Positions 1 to 10,217 of a stretch of DNA of 64,000 nucleotides are shown here, piece by piece; within the stretch, counting starts at the first letter, position 1, and every line of letters begins with the position of its first letter. This DNA comes from Candidatus Latescibacterota bacterium (lineage in GTDB: Bacteria > Latescibacterota > UBA2968 > UBA8231): positions 544,001-608,000 of the forward strand of contig OZ241867.1 of the NCBI GenBank assembly GCA_965203175.1. Reading direction: 5' to 3'. The translations under genes and the position numbers were made by a program. The notes beneath the pieces were generated by a model. It did no database searches and was not told the DNA's origin. It saw nothing but the letters and a program-made list of their open reading frames with translations.

Positions 1-420
1 GTATTCCTCGGCAAGCGGCATGACTTCCTTGAAGGGCTGCACTAGGGCTTCGATGTAGTCCCGCATCCCCTCGGCACCATACTTGGTGCGGTTGCCTTCG
101 AGGAGGCGGCTGATGGTCGTGCGCACGGCGCGGGCACCAGTTTGGTGCGCCGTCTCAATGGCTTGGCGCAGCGGCGAGATGTCTGCGGCGTAGTTGTCAC
201 CGCCCGTGTCCAAAAACAGGTCGAAACCAGCGCGCGTCTCGGCAAAAACCGCTCGCTCCTCGGGCGAGCAGTCGCCCAGCCATTGGGACGCAAATTCGAC
301 GCTGTGGAGGCCGTTGTCGCGGGCCAAGCGCGTCAGGCCCTCGGGAGTATGGGGGTCAATGGCACGGCCAGCTTCTTTGTGAGCGCCGGTAAAGCTCCAG
401 GCGCAGAGTCCGATGTTCAC
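1..420 (-). CDS. Sugar phosphate isomerase/epimerase family TIM-barrel protein (partial, runs off the window start)
   Basis: Not in the ORF track. Manual translation from GTG at 420 (RBS GAGGA upstream) gives MNIGLCAWSF...GLHSVEF...AIETAHQTGARAVRT...VMPLAEEY, open to base 1; xylose-isomerase-like pattern. Confidence 0.7.
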   Translation of the reverse strand, partial: MNIGLCAWSFTGAHKEAGRAIDPHTPEGLTRLARDNGLHSVEFASQWLGDCSPEERAVFAETRAGFDLFLDTGGDNYAADISPLRQAIETAHQTGARAVRTTISRLLEGNRTKYGAEGMRDYIEALVQPFKEVMPLAEEY

Positions 421-447
421 AGCATTCCTCTTTTGATTGGGTATAGC

Positions 448-1776
448 TTATAGCTTCGCCTGCAAGTAGGGCACCAATTCGTCGTCTTTTTTGTCTTCGC
501 TCGATCCATCGCGCATGTCCTTCACCTGCCAGACGCCTTTCTCCAATTCGTCCGGGCCGCCAATCAGGGCAATGGGAAAGCCCTTGCGGTCGGCGTATTT
601 GAGTTGCCGACCCATGCCCTTGGCCTCTGGATACAGCTCGGTGCGGAGACCGGCTTGGCGGAGACGGCGCGCGAGGGCGATGTAGGACGATAGGGCTTCG
701 GCGGAAAATTGGACGATGAAGATATCCGCCGATGTAGCGGCACCCTGCAAAAGTCCCAACTCCTCCATCGCGGCCATCAGCCGGTCTAAACCCAGAGAGG
801 CCCCAACGCCGGGCAGGTGCTGCTTGGTGTAGAGACCGGCCAAATCGTCGTAGCGTCCACCGCTACAGACCGAGCCGATCGCCGGCAGATCGCCGAGCAA
901 GGTCTCATAGACGGTGCCAGTGTAGTAATCGAGGCCGCGGGCGATGGACAGGTCGATCACCAAACGATCTTTGGGAAACCCAGCACCCTCAAAGGCGTCC
1001 ACGAGTTGGCGCAGGTTAGCAATCCCCTCGGCGGCGCGGTCGTTGTCGCCGCAGGAACGTTCTATCTGGTCGAGTATCTCGGCATTCGCACCCGCAGTCT
1101 GCACCGTCGCCAGAATATGTTTGGCCTGTTCGCCAGAAACCGAAGCCGTCTCGCTCATCTCGGCGGCGACCTTTTCCGCGCCAATTTTCTGCAGCTTGTC
1201 GAGGGCGCGAAGGATAGCTGCCGACGCCTCGGCCAAACCGAGCGATTCAAGCAGACCATTGAGGACTAGGCGATTGTTGACGTGGATGGCAAAGCGCTCA
1301 AAGCCCAAGGCCGCGAGCAAATCGTGGATGACGAGCACCGTTTCAATATCCGAGGCATTGGCGTCGGTGCCGATGGTGTCAAAATCGCACTGATAGAACT
1401 CGCGGTAACGCCCGTGCTGGGTATTCTCGCCGCGCCAGACCGGGCCGATGTGGTAGCGCCTGAAGGGGGTGCCGAGTTGGCCGATGTGCTGGGCGGCAAA
1501 GCGGGCAAAGGGCACGGTCAGATCAAAGCGCAGAGCCACGTCGCGGCCCCCGTGATCCGCGAAGCGATACATCTGCTTATCGCTCTCGTCGCCGCCTTTA
1601 CCAGTGAGTATTTCGCTGTATTCAAGGGCGGGTGTGTCGATGGGGGCGAAGCCGTAGGAGCGGAAAACCGCGCGGGCCTTGTCGATCAGCTCCTCGCGCG
1701 GCATGGCCAAGGCAGGGGGAAAGTCGCGGAAGCCCTTGAGGGTCCGCGGTGGGATCAGATCTCTTTTGTTGGACAT
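448..1776 (-). CDS. hisS: Histidine--tRNA ligase
   Basis: Motifs KGFRDF, LRFDLTVPFAR, GRYREFYQCDFD, RGLDYYTG, GGRYDDL and a C-terminal anticodon-binding domain. Start trimmed to MSNKRD because the longer ORF overlaps the upstream gene. Confidence 0.97.
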   Translation of the reverse strand: MSNKRDLIPPRTLKGFRDFPPALAMPREELIDKARAVFRSYGFAPIDTPALEYSEILTGKGGDESDKQMYRFADHGGRDVALRFDLTVPFARFAAQHIGQLGTPFRRYHIGPVWRGENTQHGRYREFYQCDFDTIGTDANASDIETVLVIHDLLAALGFERFAIHVNNRLVLNGLLESLGLAEASAAILRALDKLQKIGAEKVAAEMSETASVSGEQAKHILATVQTAGANAEILDQIERSCGDNDRAAEGIANLRQLVDAFEGAGFPKDRLVIDLSIARGLDYYTGTVYETLLGDLPAIGSVCSGGRYDDLAGLYTKQHLPGVGASLGLDRLMAAMEELGLLQGAATSADIFIVQFSAEALSSYIALARRLRQAGLRTELYPEAKGMGRQLKYADRKGFPIALIGGPDELEKGVWQVKDMRDGSSEDKKDDELVPYLQAKL

Positions 1777-1780
1777 AGGT

Positions 1781-2914
1781 TTACCAGTTAGTGAAGGAGC
1801 CGTCTTCACGGCGCAGGATCGGGCCGCCGAGCCATTTAAACTCGTAGTGCTCGGCCGCTTCATCGTTGAATTCTATTCCCAAACCGGGGAGCTCCGGCGG
1901 TAAGATGCACCCAGACTCATAGGGCAATTGCACCGGAAAGACATCTTCCATCACAGTGTGGCCGATGAGGCCGCCCTCTTGCACGGCGAAATTGTCGCAG
2001 GCAATGTCGAGGTGGGCACAAGCTGCGGCCGAGACTGGGCCGAGGGGATTGTGCGGGACGATTTTGATGTAGTGCGTCTCGCACCAATTGGCCACTTTGC
2101 GCGCTTCCGTCAGCCCGCCGACGATGCACAGGTCAATCCGCGCATAGTCCAGCAACTCCTCTTCGATCATCTGCCGAAACTCCCACTTGGTCGCGTAGTG
2201 TTCGCCAACGGCCAGCGGACAGCTCACGTGATGGCGCACTTGGCGATAGCTCTGAGGGTTTTCGCAGCGCAGCGGATCCTCGATGAAGAAGGGATCGTAT
2301 TCCTCAAGCTGGCGACCGAGGCGGATGGTGTCGGGCGGGTCGAGGCGGGTGTGGACGTCAATGCAGATTTCGATTTCCGGCCCAACGGCCTCGCGCGCGG
2401 CGGCAAAGTGGGCGATTGAATCGCGGACAGCCGTGCGCGGTTCGAGGATTCCATCGCGGGAAAAGACCGACATCCGCAGGTACTTCCAGCCCTCGGCGAC
2501 CCGTTCCTGAGCCGCGCGGGCTGTGTCTGCGGGCGTCTTGCCGCCGATGCCGGTGTAGCAGAAGACGCGCTCGCGCATCTTGCCGCCCAAGAGCATGTAC
2601 ACGGGTTGCCCCAGCGCCTTGCCCTTGATATCCCACAGCGCGATATCAATAGCCGACATGGCAGCCGCGTTGATCCGACCGCCGGGAAAGAAATCGACGC
2701 GGAACAGCAGTTGCCAAATGTATTCGGTGTTAAGCGGATCCAGGCCAATGATGTGGCGCTTCATGTGTTCGATAGCGCCAACGCCGGCCTGCTCCTTCCA
2801 AGTAATGCCAAACTCGCCCACACCGTACAAGCCCGCGTCGGTCTCGACTTTGACGAAGAGGTAATTGCGCGACCCGTGGCAGATCGGAAAGGTTTTGACG
2901 TCGGTGATTTTCAT
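1781..2914 (-). CDS. Mandelate racemase/muconate lactonizing enzyme family (galactonate dehydratase-like)
   Basis: SAIDIALWDIKGKALGQPVY, DVHTR, FIEDP, AVGE, PHNPLGP motifs. Confidence 0.88.
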   Translation of the reverse strand: MKITDVKTFPICHGSRNYLFVKVETDAGLYGVGEFGITWKEQAGVGAIEHMKRHIIGLDPLNTEYIWQLLFRVDFFPGGRINAAAMSAIDIALWDIKGKALGQPVYMLLGGKMRERVFCYTGIGGKTPADTARAAQERVAEGWKYLRMSVFSRDGILEPRTAVRDSIAHFAAAREAVGPEIEICIDVHTRLDPPDTIRLGRQLEEYDPFFIEDPLRCENPQSYRQVRHHVSCPLAVGEHYATKWEFRQMIEEELLDYARIDLCIVGGLTEARKVANWCETHYIKIVPHNPLGPVSAAACAHLDIACDNFAVQEGGLIGHTVMEDVFPVQLPYESGCILPPELPGLGIEFNDEAAEHYEFKWLGGPILRREDGSFTNW

Positions 2915-2957
2915 AGAGAATCTCCTTTATTAGTAGCTCCATAATATCAGGCCGCGC

Positions 2958-3848
2958 CTAGCCCAAAGCAAAGACGGCCTCGCCGACGACGATGGCCACA
3001 AGTCCCAAGAACATACCGACTTTGAGCAAGCGGCCGAGGTGGTCGTCGGCCAGCACAGCGCGTTGGCGATACAACTGCCAGAGGACGTAGCCGACCAAGA
3101 CATGGACCGGCAGCAAAGCGAGCGCGTAGAGTGCGCCGTAGATGCCCGTGAAAAACGGCATCCAAGTAAACCCAACCAAGATCAAATAAACGATAGCCAC
3201 GAGCACCCCAGCTTGGGCACGTCCCCAACGCAGAGGCAAGGTGCGCTCGCCGCGGATCTGATCCCCGGCCACGTCTTCGATGTCCTTGACAATTTCCCGC
3301 CCCAAGTGAAAGAGGAAAGCAAAGAGCGCCGGAATCCACGAGCGCCCGATATCGCCAGCGGCCAAGGCACCATAGGGGAAGGCAATAGCCCCGACAAAAG
3401 CGACGAGCACATTGCCCCACAACAGGCTGTTTTTTAAGGAAATACTATAGACGGCGAGCAAGGCGACAACGGCTAAGGCGATCAATCCATGCCAGAGGCT
3501 GAGCCAAAACGCGAGCGCACAGCCAGCTAAAGCGAGAAGCACACTTTGCATGCGGGCCGCGTTCGGGCTGAGGCGGCCGGAAGGCAAAGGGCGCAGCGGG
3601 CGATTGATGCGGTCAATGTCGATATCCATCAAATCGTTGAAGGCATTGCCGGCACCATTGATCAACGCAGCAGAAAGAGCGGCGAGCAGCATGGCGGGCC
3701 AAGCGGGGGCTTGGCCCGCGGTCAAAGCGCCAATACCGACCGAGAGCGCGGTGATCAGGCCGTTGAGCGGCCGGGGCAGGAGGAAAAAGGCGCTGAGTTG
3801 CGCCAAGAAAGTTTGTGACGAGATCGAGTAAAGGGCTTCTATTCTCAT
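2958..3848 (-). CDS. UbiA prenyltransferase, geranylgeranylglycerol-phosphate geranylgeranyltransferase (DGGGP synthase)-like
   Basis: NDLMDIDIDRINRPLRPLPSG and REIVKDIEDVAGD Asp-rich motifs; multiple TM helices. Exact start uncertain. Confidence 0.8.
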   Translation of the reverse strand: MRIEALYSISSQTFLAQLSAFFLLPRPLNGLITALSVGIGALTAGQAPAWPAMLLAALSAALINGAGNAFNDLMDIDIDRINRPLRPLPSGRLSPNAARMQSVLLALAGCALAFWLSLWHGLIALAVVALLAVYSISLKNSLLWGNVLVAFVGAIAFPYGALAAGDIGRSWIPALFAFLFHLGREIVKDIEDVAGDQIRGERTLPLRWGRAQAGVLVAIVYLILVGFTWMPFFTGIYGALYALALLPVHVLVGYVLWQLYRQRAVLADDHLGRLLKVGMFLGLVAIVVGEAVFALG

Positions 3849-3961
3849 TTAAGAAATTAGCCGCTGTCTAAAACTAGGCGGGGCCGGCACTATATAACGC
3901 GATTTCGTCTGGGCGCAGCCAAAGGACGCTGGCAAGCCTAGCGTCGTTCGGCGCACTCCTG

Positions 3962-6478
3962 CTACTGTCCGCGCCGCATATTTTTAAGGTAGGTCTGCGC
4001 CGATTCCAAGTTCGGATCCAAAGATAGGGCGCGTTCGAGGTTCTCAATCGCCTCGTCGGTGCGGCCTAGGTAGAAAAGCGAGGCGGCCATGTTGGTGTGG
4101 TTTTGCGCCTTGGCGTGACCGATATCGATCAGAGTCCGATACAGACCGAGTGCCTCCTCGTAACGCTTCTGCCCGAAACGCACAAAGGCTAAGCGATCGA
4201 GCGCTTCCGTGTTGTGCGGTTCGACTAGCAGGGCGCGTTCGTACTGCTCCGCTGCAACTTTGGTCCGCCCCAGTTCCTGCGATGCCTGACCCATGAGGAC
4301 ATGAAGTCTAGCCGCCATCGGCAGGTCCGATTGCAGAGAGATGGCCTGTGTCAACGCCGCAAGCGCTTCCTCATAGCGCTCCAATTGGAATAGCGCATCG
4401 CCCATGCCGGCATAGGCCAGCGCGTGCTCGGGGTCAATTTCGAGCACTACGCGGTACGACGCGATGGCTTCCTCATGGTGCCCCTGTTTCCTCAGGACCT
4501 CGGCAGTGTTCTGAAGGGTGGCCAGATCGTGCGGCTTCAGTTCTCGGACGCGGAGCAGATATTCGTCGGCTTCCGCAAAACGCTGCTGTGCAATCCGCAG
4601 ACAGGCCAGATATACGAGAGGTTCCACAGTACCGGGGTTGATCTCTATAGCGCGCTGGAAATGTTTTTCCGCTGTCTCGAGCCGGTCCAGCTCAAGCGAC
4701 GCCCGGCCCATAAGGACGTAGAGAACACCCGAGATCGGCTGGTTCGGTTGAAGAGAGACTGCCCTGCTCAGCGACTTGATTGCCTCGTCGTATCGACCGA
4801 GGCGGAACAAAGCATCGCCCATGCCGGCATAAGACAGCGCGTACTCCGGGTCGCTCTTCAGCACAGTGCGGAACGACGCGATGGCTTCCTCATAACGCTC
4901 CTGTCTCCTCAGCACCGAGCCCAAATTATGCTGGGAGGTATTATGGCGAGGATCGAGTTCCAAGGCGCGGAGAACGCTCTCTTCGGCTTCTTTGAGATGG
5001 TTCATTTTTATAAGTGCGAGGGCGAGGGTGGAATGTGCGTTAGCGAAATCTGGGCGCTGTTCCACCGCGATGCGGGCGGCGGCGTGGGCTTCCTCCGCAC
5101 GGTCCGCTTCGGCCAATGCCGCGGCCAGATTGAGATGTGCATCTCGCGCCTCGGGATTGAAAGAGACAATGTGGCTGAAGAGACTGATCTCGTCCCGGTA
5201 GATGCCCGCCTGCTGCCAGGTCATCGCTCCGAGAAGCGCCAAAACGACCACTGCGAGGCCGCACGCGCCCATCCTGAAAGAACTCGCTAGCCTACCCACG
5301 CCATGAACGGCACTACCGATGAGTACCGCCATCACGCCGATGCCGGCCAGATACTGAAAGCGATCAGCGACGAGGGAAAACTGCATGTAGCCGTAATCCA
5401 CAAAACCAAGCACTGGCGACAGCGTCACGGCAAAGAACGCCACCCCGGCCAGTGGCCCACGGCCCAAGCGCTCCCGGCCGAACCAGAGCAGTGCCACAAC
5501 CGCGACGCCGGCAACGACATAGACCCAGGCCAGCGGGTCGCTGATGCTGATATCCCACAGCGGATAAACCACAGCCAGTTCGGTCGGCCACAGCAGTTTA
5601 CCGGCGTAAAACCACAGGGCACGCGCCGCGATGAGCGTCCGCTCGATCAGCGAGTAGCCCAGCGAAAGCGGCTCCCGGGAGGTGTAAAACGACAGGTCTG
5701 CGGCCGTGATGCACAGCGCGACTAGGAAAAACGGCATCAATCGAATCAGGTCGCTCTGTGTTACGCGGCCCCACTGCCACCAGTGATAGATCAGCAGGGT
5801 TGCTGGCAGGGTGACCACAATGGACTTGCTCAACAAACCAGCCACGAACAGCACTAAGACGAGGATATAGCGTTCCCGTCGAGGCTCTTCCACAAATCGG
5901 ATCCAGCCCAGCACCGCGGTCAGATAGAACAGGGCCGAGAGCACATCCTTGCGCTCGATGATCCAAGCGACCGATTCGACGTGCAGGGGATGGACGGCAA
6001 ACACCGCGGCAACCAACCAAGCACCGGGCACACAAAGCCGCAGCAGCAGACGCCACAGCAGCGCCGTGTTGGCAAAGTGCAGCAGAATGTTGACGACGTG
6101 ATAGCCGGTCGGAGCCAACCCCCATAGTTTGTGTTCCAGCCAGAAGGTAGAGTACGTCATGGGCCAATAATGGCCTTCCCCAACGTCTCCTTGCAAATAG
6201 GCACTGCCGGGAGCAAACCACAACTCCGCAATGCCGTCCCAGTCTCGAATGGCCGTCAATGTCGTCACTAGCTTATCGTCCCAGACGAAGCCGGCCTGGG
6301 TAGCGGGAAAATAGCTGACGGCGACCAGCAGAGCGAGAACTAGGAGGGCCAGAGCGTCCCGGCGCGAGAACCCGGTCGCTGTGCAAGGCACGGGTGCCTG
6401 TTGCGTCTTGCTGGGTTCACTCGCCTGAGAGCTGATCCGCCGCGGCGCGTGGTTTCCCCTATTCTTCCGTTTCGCCAT
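3962..6478 (-). CDS. TMTC-like GT-C membrane glycosyltransferase with C-terminal TPR array
   Basis: GFVWDD loop, HPLHVESVAWIIERKDVLS, ADRFQYL, many TM segments, then about 11-12 TPR repeats. Confidence 0.85.
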   Translation of the reverse strand: MAKRKNRGNHAPRRISSQASEPSKTQQAPVPCTATGFSRRDALALLVLALLVAVSYFPATQAGFVWDDKLVTTLTAIRDWDGIAELWFAPGSAYLQGDVGEGHYWPMTYSTFWLEHKLWGLAPTGYHVVNILLHFANTALLWRLLLRLCVPGAWLVAAVFAVHPLHVESVAWIIERKDVLSALFYLTAVLGWIRFVEEPRRERYILVLVLFVAGLLSKSIVVTLPATLLIYHWWQWGRVTQSDLIRLMPFFLVALCITAADLSFYTSREPLSLGYSLIERTLIAARALWFYAGKLLWPTELAVVYPLWDISISDPLAWVYVVAGVAVVALLWFGRERLGRGPLAGVAFFAVTLSPVLGFVDYGYMQFSLVADRFQYLAGIGVMAVLIGSAVHGVGRLASSFRMGACGLAVVVLALLGAMTWQQAGIYRDEISLFSHIVSFNPEARDAHLNLAAALAEADRAEEAHAAARIAVEQRPDFANAHSTLALALIKMNHLKEAEESVLRALELDPRHNTSQHNLGSVLRRQERYEEAIASFRTVLKSDPEYALSYAGMGDALFRLGRYDEAIKSLSRAVSLQPNQPISGVLYVLMGRASLELDRLETAEKHFQRAIEINPGTVEPLVYLACLRIAQQRFAEADEYLLRVRELKPHDLATLQNTAEVLRKQGHHEEAIASYRVVLEIDPEHALAYAGMGDALFQLERYEEALAALTQAISLQSDLPMAARLHVLMGQASQELGRTKVAAEQYERALLVEPHNTEALDRLAFVRFGQKRYEEALGLYRTLIDIGHAKAQNHTNMAASLFYLGRTDEAIENLERALSLDPNLESAQTYLKNMRRGQ

Positions 6479-6687
6479 TGACTTTGCTCATCTAACCTGC
6501 ATCCGCTACCATCCGATCTGCCGTAGAACGTGGCATGATTTGGAGCCGGACGAGAACGGATTCGTCAAATTGTCTATCACTGAGTTCGGCTCATAGGCCA
6601 CTAGCACCATTGAATTATATTAAAGCAAAACAAAAAGGTCGCCGCCAAGAGACCTTTTGCCGCCAAAGCGCGCGGACAAATTTGCTC

Positions 6688-6716
6688 TTGACAGGCCCTA
6701 ACTCGCAAAGTAGGTT
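6688..6716 (+). promoter_or_regulatory. Putative sigma70 promoter of the M28 peptidase gene
   Basis: TTGACA (6688-6693), 17-nt spacer, TAGGTT (6711-6716). Confidence 0.5.
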
Positions 6717-6751
6717 CCCTAACGTTTTGTTTCTCAACGAGTAAGCTAGCT

Positions 6752-8815
6752 ATGAACTCAGTTAAAGGGGCGTTGTGCGCCTCTCTTTTTTTTCTCAGCT
6801 CCGCCTTGGCCAATCAGCCCTTAGTCGGCGTGTCTTGGAATGCGCCAAGTGAGCTAACCGCGATCGCCGCGCTGAGCGAGCAGGTGCGCTACGTGGCGCG
6901 GAGCGTGGCTTTTGTCGAGGCCAGCGAAAGCGCGGTCGAGGAATTCACAAAGCGGGGATTTGCCATCCTCTGCCTCGACAGGCCACAAGCGAACGACCGC
7001 TATTTTGTCGCCGATCACCTCCATTTTCCTCTACCCCAAGGCATTGAGCTAGTCTTTGATGGAGGGGGCGAATGGGCGCTCTTGCGGGTGGGGCCGACTG
7101 CGCGTTTGCACGAGGCTCCCCATTTCCTCTGGCCGCTGCCCAACAACTACAGCCTAAAAGGGTGGCTAGATGCACCGAGGCGCGCGCCCAAGGCCCTGCA
7201 AACGGCCTCGCCGGCTGTGGCGGCCCTCATCGAGGAAGTCGCAGCCGAGCGCTTGCAAGCCCACGTCGAAGCCCTCGCCCTAAAAGACCCGGCCTTGGGC
7301 AGCATCCCCGGCAACATCCGCAGCCGCTTTGCCGTGCATCCAGAGATACTCGAATCAACCGAATACATCCGCTCGCAATTGGCCGCGGTCCTCGGCGACG
7401 GAGCAGTCGAACTGCATTCCTTCCCCATTGACTCTCAGCGCGTCATCTCCCACACTTCGCGTCGGGGCAACCAGGGAAAGGCACCAAGCGATACCACCGC
7501 GTACAACGTCATCGGCACGTTGGCTGGCACCGACCCAGAGGCTGGGTACTACATCGTCTGCGCCCACTACGACGCCACGGGCGTACGCTCAGCCGGGGGT
7601 TGGGACTGGCAACGCGACCCAGCACCCGGTGCCGACGACAATGCCAGCGGCGTGGCCTTGGTCTTGGAGAGCGCTCGGCTGCTGGCTGGACAGCAATTCC
7701 CTTGGTCCATCCGCTTTATCGCTTGGTCGGGCGAGGAATTGGGGCTGTTGGGAAGCCAAGCGTACGCGGATTTGGCGGCCGAGCGCGCCGACAACATTCT
7801 CGGCGTCCTCAACTTCGACATGATCGGCTTTAACGACTTGCAGCAACGGCTGGAGGTAGTGACGAATCCCGGTTCGCAGTGGCTAGCCACCGAGATGGGG
7901 GCCGTCGCCGAGCGCTACGGAATCGGTCTGGATATCGACGTGTTCGAAGACGCAGGCTCGCGCATCAGCGACCACGCGCCGTTTTGGATGTGGGGCTACG
8001 ACGCGATAGTTGGCATTGAAAACCACATGCCCTCGGACACGACGACCTACGGGGTGCGCGAGGGGGTCTATCGGATCAACTCGCAGTACCATACGGTCGT
8101 CGATTTGCCCGATAGCATCAATTGGGAGCTAGTGCGCCGCACCACCCAGCTAGCCGTGGCCACATTGGCCCAGTACGGGTTGGGGGAGGGCATGCCAAAC
8201 TTGGCGGTCTTCACCGACGATCTGCGCAGCGACCGCGCGGACGATCTCCGCGTCCGCGTCAACAACATCGGGCTGGGCGCGGTCGCCAGCAGTTTCTCGG
8301 TGCAAATCTCGCAATGCGCACTGGACTCCAGCCAGTGCGAGGTCATCCACCGCGCACATACTCCGGAGGAATTAGCCCCTGGCGCGAGCGCGGAATTGCA
8401 CATTCCCTGGCAGCGATTTGGCGAGATGGTCTTTTTGATCGAGGTCGATGCAGAAGGGCAAATCGGCGAGGTCAGCGAAGCGGACAACCGCGTCTTCCAG
8501 CGCCTGCGCCTAGTGCCGCAGTCGAAAATCGCGGTCTTTCCCAACCCCTTTCGCCTTGGCAACGGCAGCGCGCTCCGCTTCAGCGGCGTGCCCCTCAAAG
8601 CCGCGGTGCGGATTTTTGGGCCAGCGGGCGATCTAGTGTGGGAAGCGATTGAGGACGACAACGCCCAGCGGCGCTTGGGAACCTTGGCCAACGAGGTGCT
8701 GTGGTACGGGGTCAACCACACCAATATACCGGTCGGCAACGGCGTCTATATCTACGCGATCCACTCCCCTGAAGGCACCCTGCTAATGAGGGACAAAATC
8801 GCAGTTGTGCGTTAA
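6752..8815 (+). CDS. Secreted M28 family Zn peptidase with CARDB-like and C-terminal FlgD/T9SS-like domain
   Basis: Signal peptide; AHYDA, GADDNASG, SGEELGLLGS, NFDMIG, SDHAPF, YHT metal/catalytic motifs; VFPNPF...GVYIY...IAVVR tail. Confidence 0.85.
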   Translation: MNSVKGALCASLFFLSSALANQPLVGVSWNAPSELTAIAALSEQVRYVARSVAFVEASESAVEEFTKRGFAILCLDRPQANDRYFVADHLHFPLPQGIELVFDGGGEWALLRVGPTARLHEAPHFLWPLPNNYSLKGWLDAPRRAPKALQTASPAVAALIEEVAAERLQAHVEALALKDPALGSIPGNIRSRFAVHPEILESTEYIRSQLAAVLGDGAVELHSFPIDSQRVISHTSRRGNQGKAPSDTTAYNVIGTLAGTDPEAGYYIVCAHYDATGVRSAGGWDWQRDPAPGADDNASGVALVLESARLLAGQQFPWSIRFIAWSGEELGLLGSQAYADLAAERADNILGVLNFDMIGFNDLQQRLEVVTNPGSQWLATEMGAVAERYGIGLDIDVFEDAGSRISDHAPFWMWGYDAIVGIENHMPSDTTTYGVREGVYRINSQYHTVVDLPDSINWELVRRTTQLAVATLAQYGLGEGMPNLAVFTDDLRSDRADDLRVRVNNIGLGAVASSFSVQISQCALDSSQCEVIHRAHTPEELAPGASAELHIPWQRFGEMVFLIEVDAEGQIGEVSEADNRVFQRLRLVPQSKIAVFPNPFRLGNGSALRFSGVPLKAAVRIFGPAGDLVWEAIEDDNAQRRLGTLANEVLWYGVNHTNIPVGNGVYIYAIHSPEGTLLMRDKIAVVR

Positions 8816-8848
8816 AAACACACTTTTGGTGTTGAAGAAGAGGAACTT

Positions 8849-9487
8849 GTGATCCACGCAATTTTGTGGGATAATGATGGCGTGCTGGTAGATACCGAGG
8901 GGCTGTACTTTCAGGCGGGGCAGGAGGTCATGGCAACACAGGGTGTTGAACTGACGCAGGAGGATTTTGTCGAGCAGTCATTGCAAAAGGGGCAAAGCGT
9001 ATTTGACCTATTGCCCAACCAAGATGCTGAATTAATTGATCAACTGCGCCTGCAGCGCAATGCGCGCTACAGTGCGTTGTTGCGGGAGCGCGTGCGGGTT
9101 TTGGATGGAGTACTGGAAACGCTCCAGACCTTACACGGCCGCGTGCTCATGGGGGTGGTGACGGGGTCGCGGAGAGATCACTTTGACATTATCCATGCCC
9201 ATACGAATCTGCTGCAATTTTTCGAGTTTGTCGTCGCGCGGGAAGACTACAAAGAAGCAAAGCCCCATCCCGATGCGTACTTGACGGCCATGCAACTACA
9301 TGGGTTAGAACCTGAGACATGTGTCGTCGTGGAAGATTCTGAGCGGGGATGCGTAGCAGCAGCAAAGGCTGGATTGCGCGTGCTGGCCGTGCCAAATGAG
9401 TTGTCGCAACACGGCGACTTTTCGCCTGCGTACAAAGTACTAGGATCGGTGCGCGAGGTGATGGACGAAGTAGAAAAGTTGCGTTGA
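8849..9487 (+). CDS. HAD family phosphatase
   Basis: WDNDGVLVDTE (motif I), KPHPDAY, VVEDSERG. Confidence 0.9.
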   Translation: MIHAILWDNDGVLVDTEGLYFQAGQEVMATQGVELTQEDFVEQSLQKGQSVFDLLPNQDAELIDQLRLQRNARYSALLRERVRVLDGVLETLQTLHGRVLMGVVTGSRRDHFDIIHAHTNLLQFFEFVVAREDYKEAKPHPDAYLTAMQLHGLEPETCVVVEDSERGCVAAAKAGLRVLAVPNELSQHGDFSPAYKVLGSVREVMDEVEKLR

Positions 9488-9521
9488 CAGTTTTTTCGCC
9501 CAGCCATGGGATCTTCCCAAC

Positions 9522-10217
9522 TCAGCTTCCCAACGGACAACCCTCACACCGCTCTTCCGTCCCACAAAATTCCAACTCACACGTCAGCAGCGCGTCCACG
9601 TGCCGTTTCCAGTCTGCGGGATAGCGCAGCGTCCCTTCCAAGCGGAAACCGCTGACCAAAGAGCGCAGCAGGGCAAAGCGCGTCTCGCGGTCGGCGACTT
9701 TGGCGCGCACTCGCTGGCGCGCCTCAGCCAAGCAGTCGAGATACGCAGCAAATTCCCCGTCGAAAATCTCTTCGAAATCTTGCCGCAAGCGACTGGATAG
9801 CGCAGGACTGGCATTAGAGGTAGAGATGCTCAGCCGCAAGTGGCCCGGATGCACCAAGGCCACCATGCCGATATTGGAATAGGCCGGGTTGTCGTAGGAG
9901 TTGATCAGGGCCTTGCGCTCCGTGGCGAGTTCGTACACCCGCGCCGTCAGCGCGCTATCGCGCACGGTATTCAGCACCAAGAACACGCCTTCGAGGTCGG
10001 ACTCCGCAAAGCAACGCGGGTGGTGGGTAAGGCGTCCCGCCGCGGCCCATTCGACGAGCGCGGGCGTCGCACTTGGGCTTACCACCGTCAACCGCGCACC
10101 CGCGGCTAGCAAGCGACCGACCTTGTCCTCGGCCTCGCGTCCCCCGCCGATGACCAAGCAGGGCTGCTCCATCACGTCGAGCCCCACTTGGAAATAGGGA
10201 TTGAGCAACTCGCTCAC
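9522..10217 (-). CDS. Precorrin-2 dehydrogenase/sirohydrochlorin ferrochelatase (SirC/Met8/CysG N-terminal type)
   Basis: LVIGGGREAEDK Rossmann motif, LINSYDNP, ISTSNASPALS; carries an extra Cys-rich tail. Confidence 0.85.
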   Translation of the reverse strand: MSELLNPYFQVGLDVMEQPCLVIGGGREAEDKVGRLLAAGARLTVVSPSATPALVEWAAAGRLTHHPRCFAESDLEGVFLVLNTVRDSALTARVYELATERKALINSYDNPAYSNIGMVALVHPGHLRLSISTSNASPALSSRLRQDFEEIFDGEFAAYLDCLAEARQRVRAKVADRETRFALLRSLVSGFRLEGTLRYPADWKRHVDALLTCELEFCGTEERCEGCPLGS

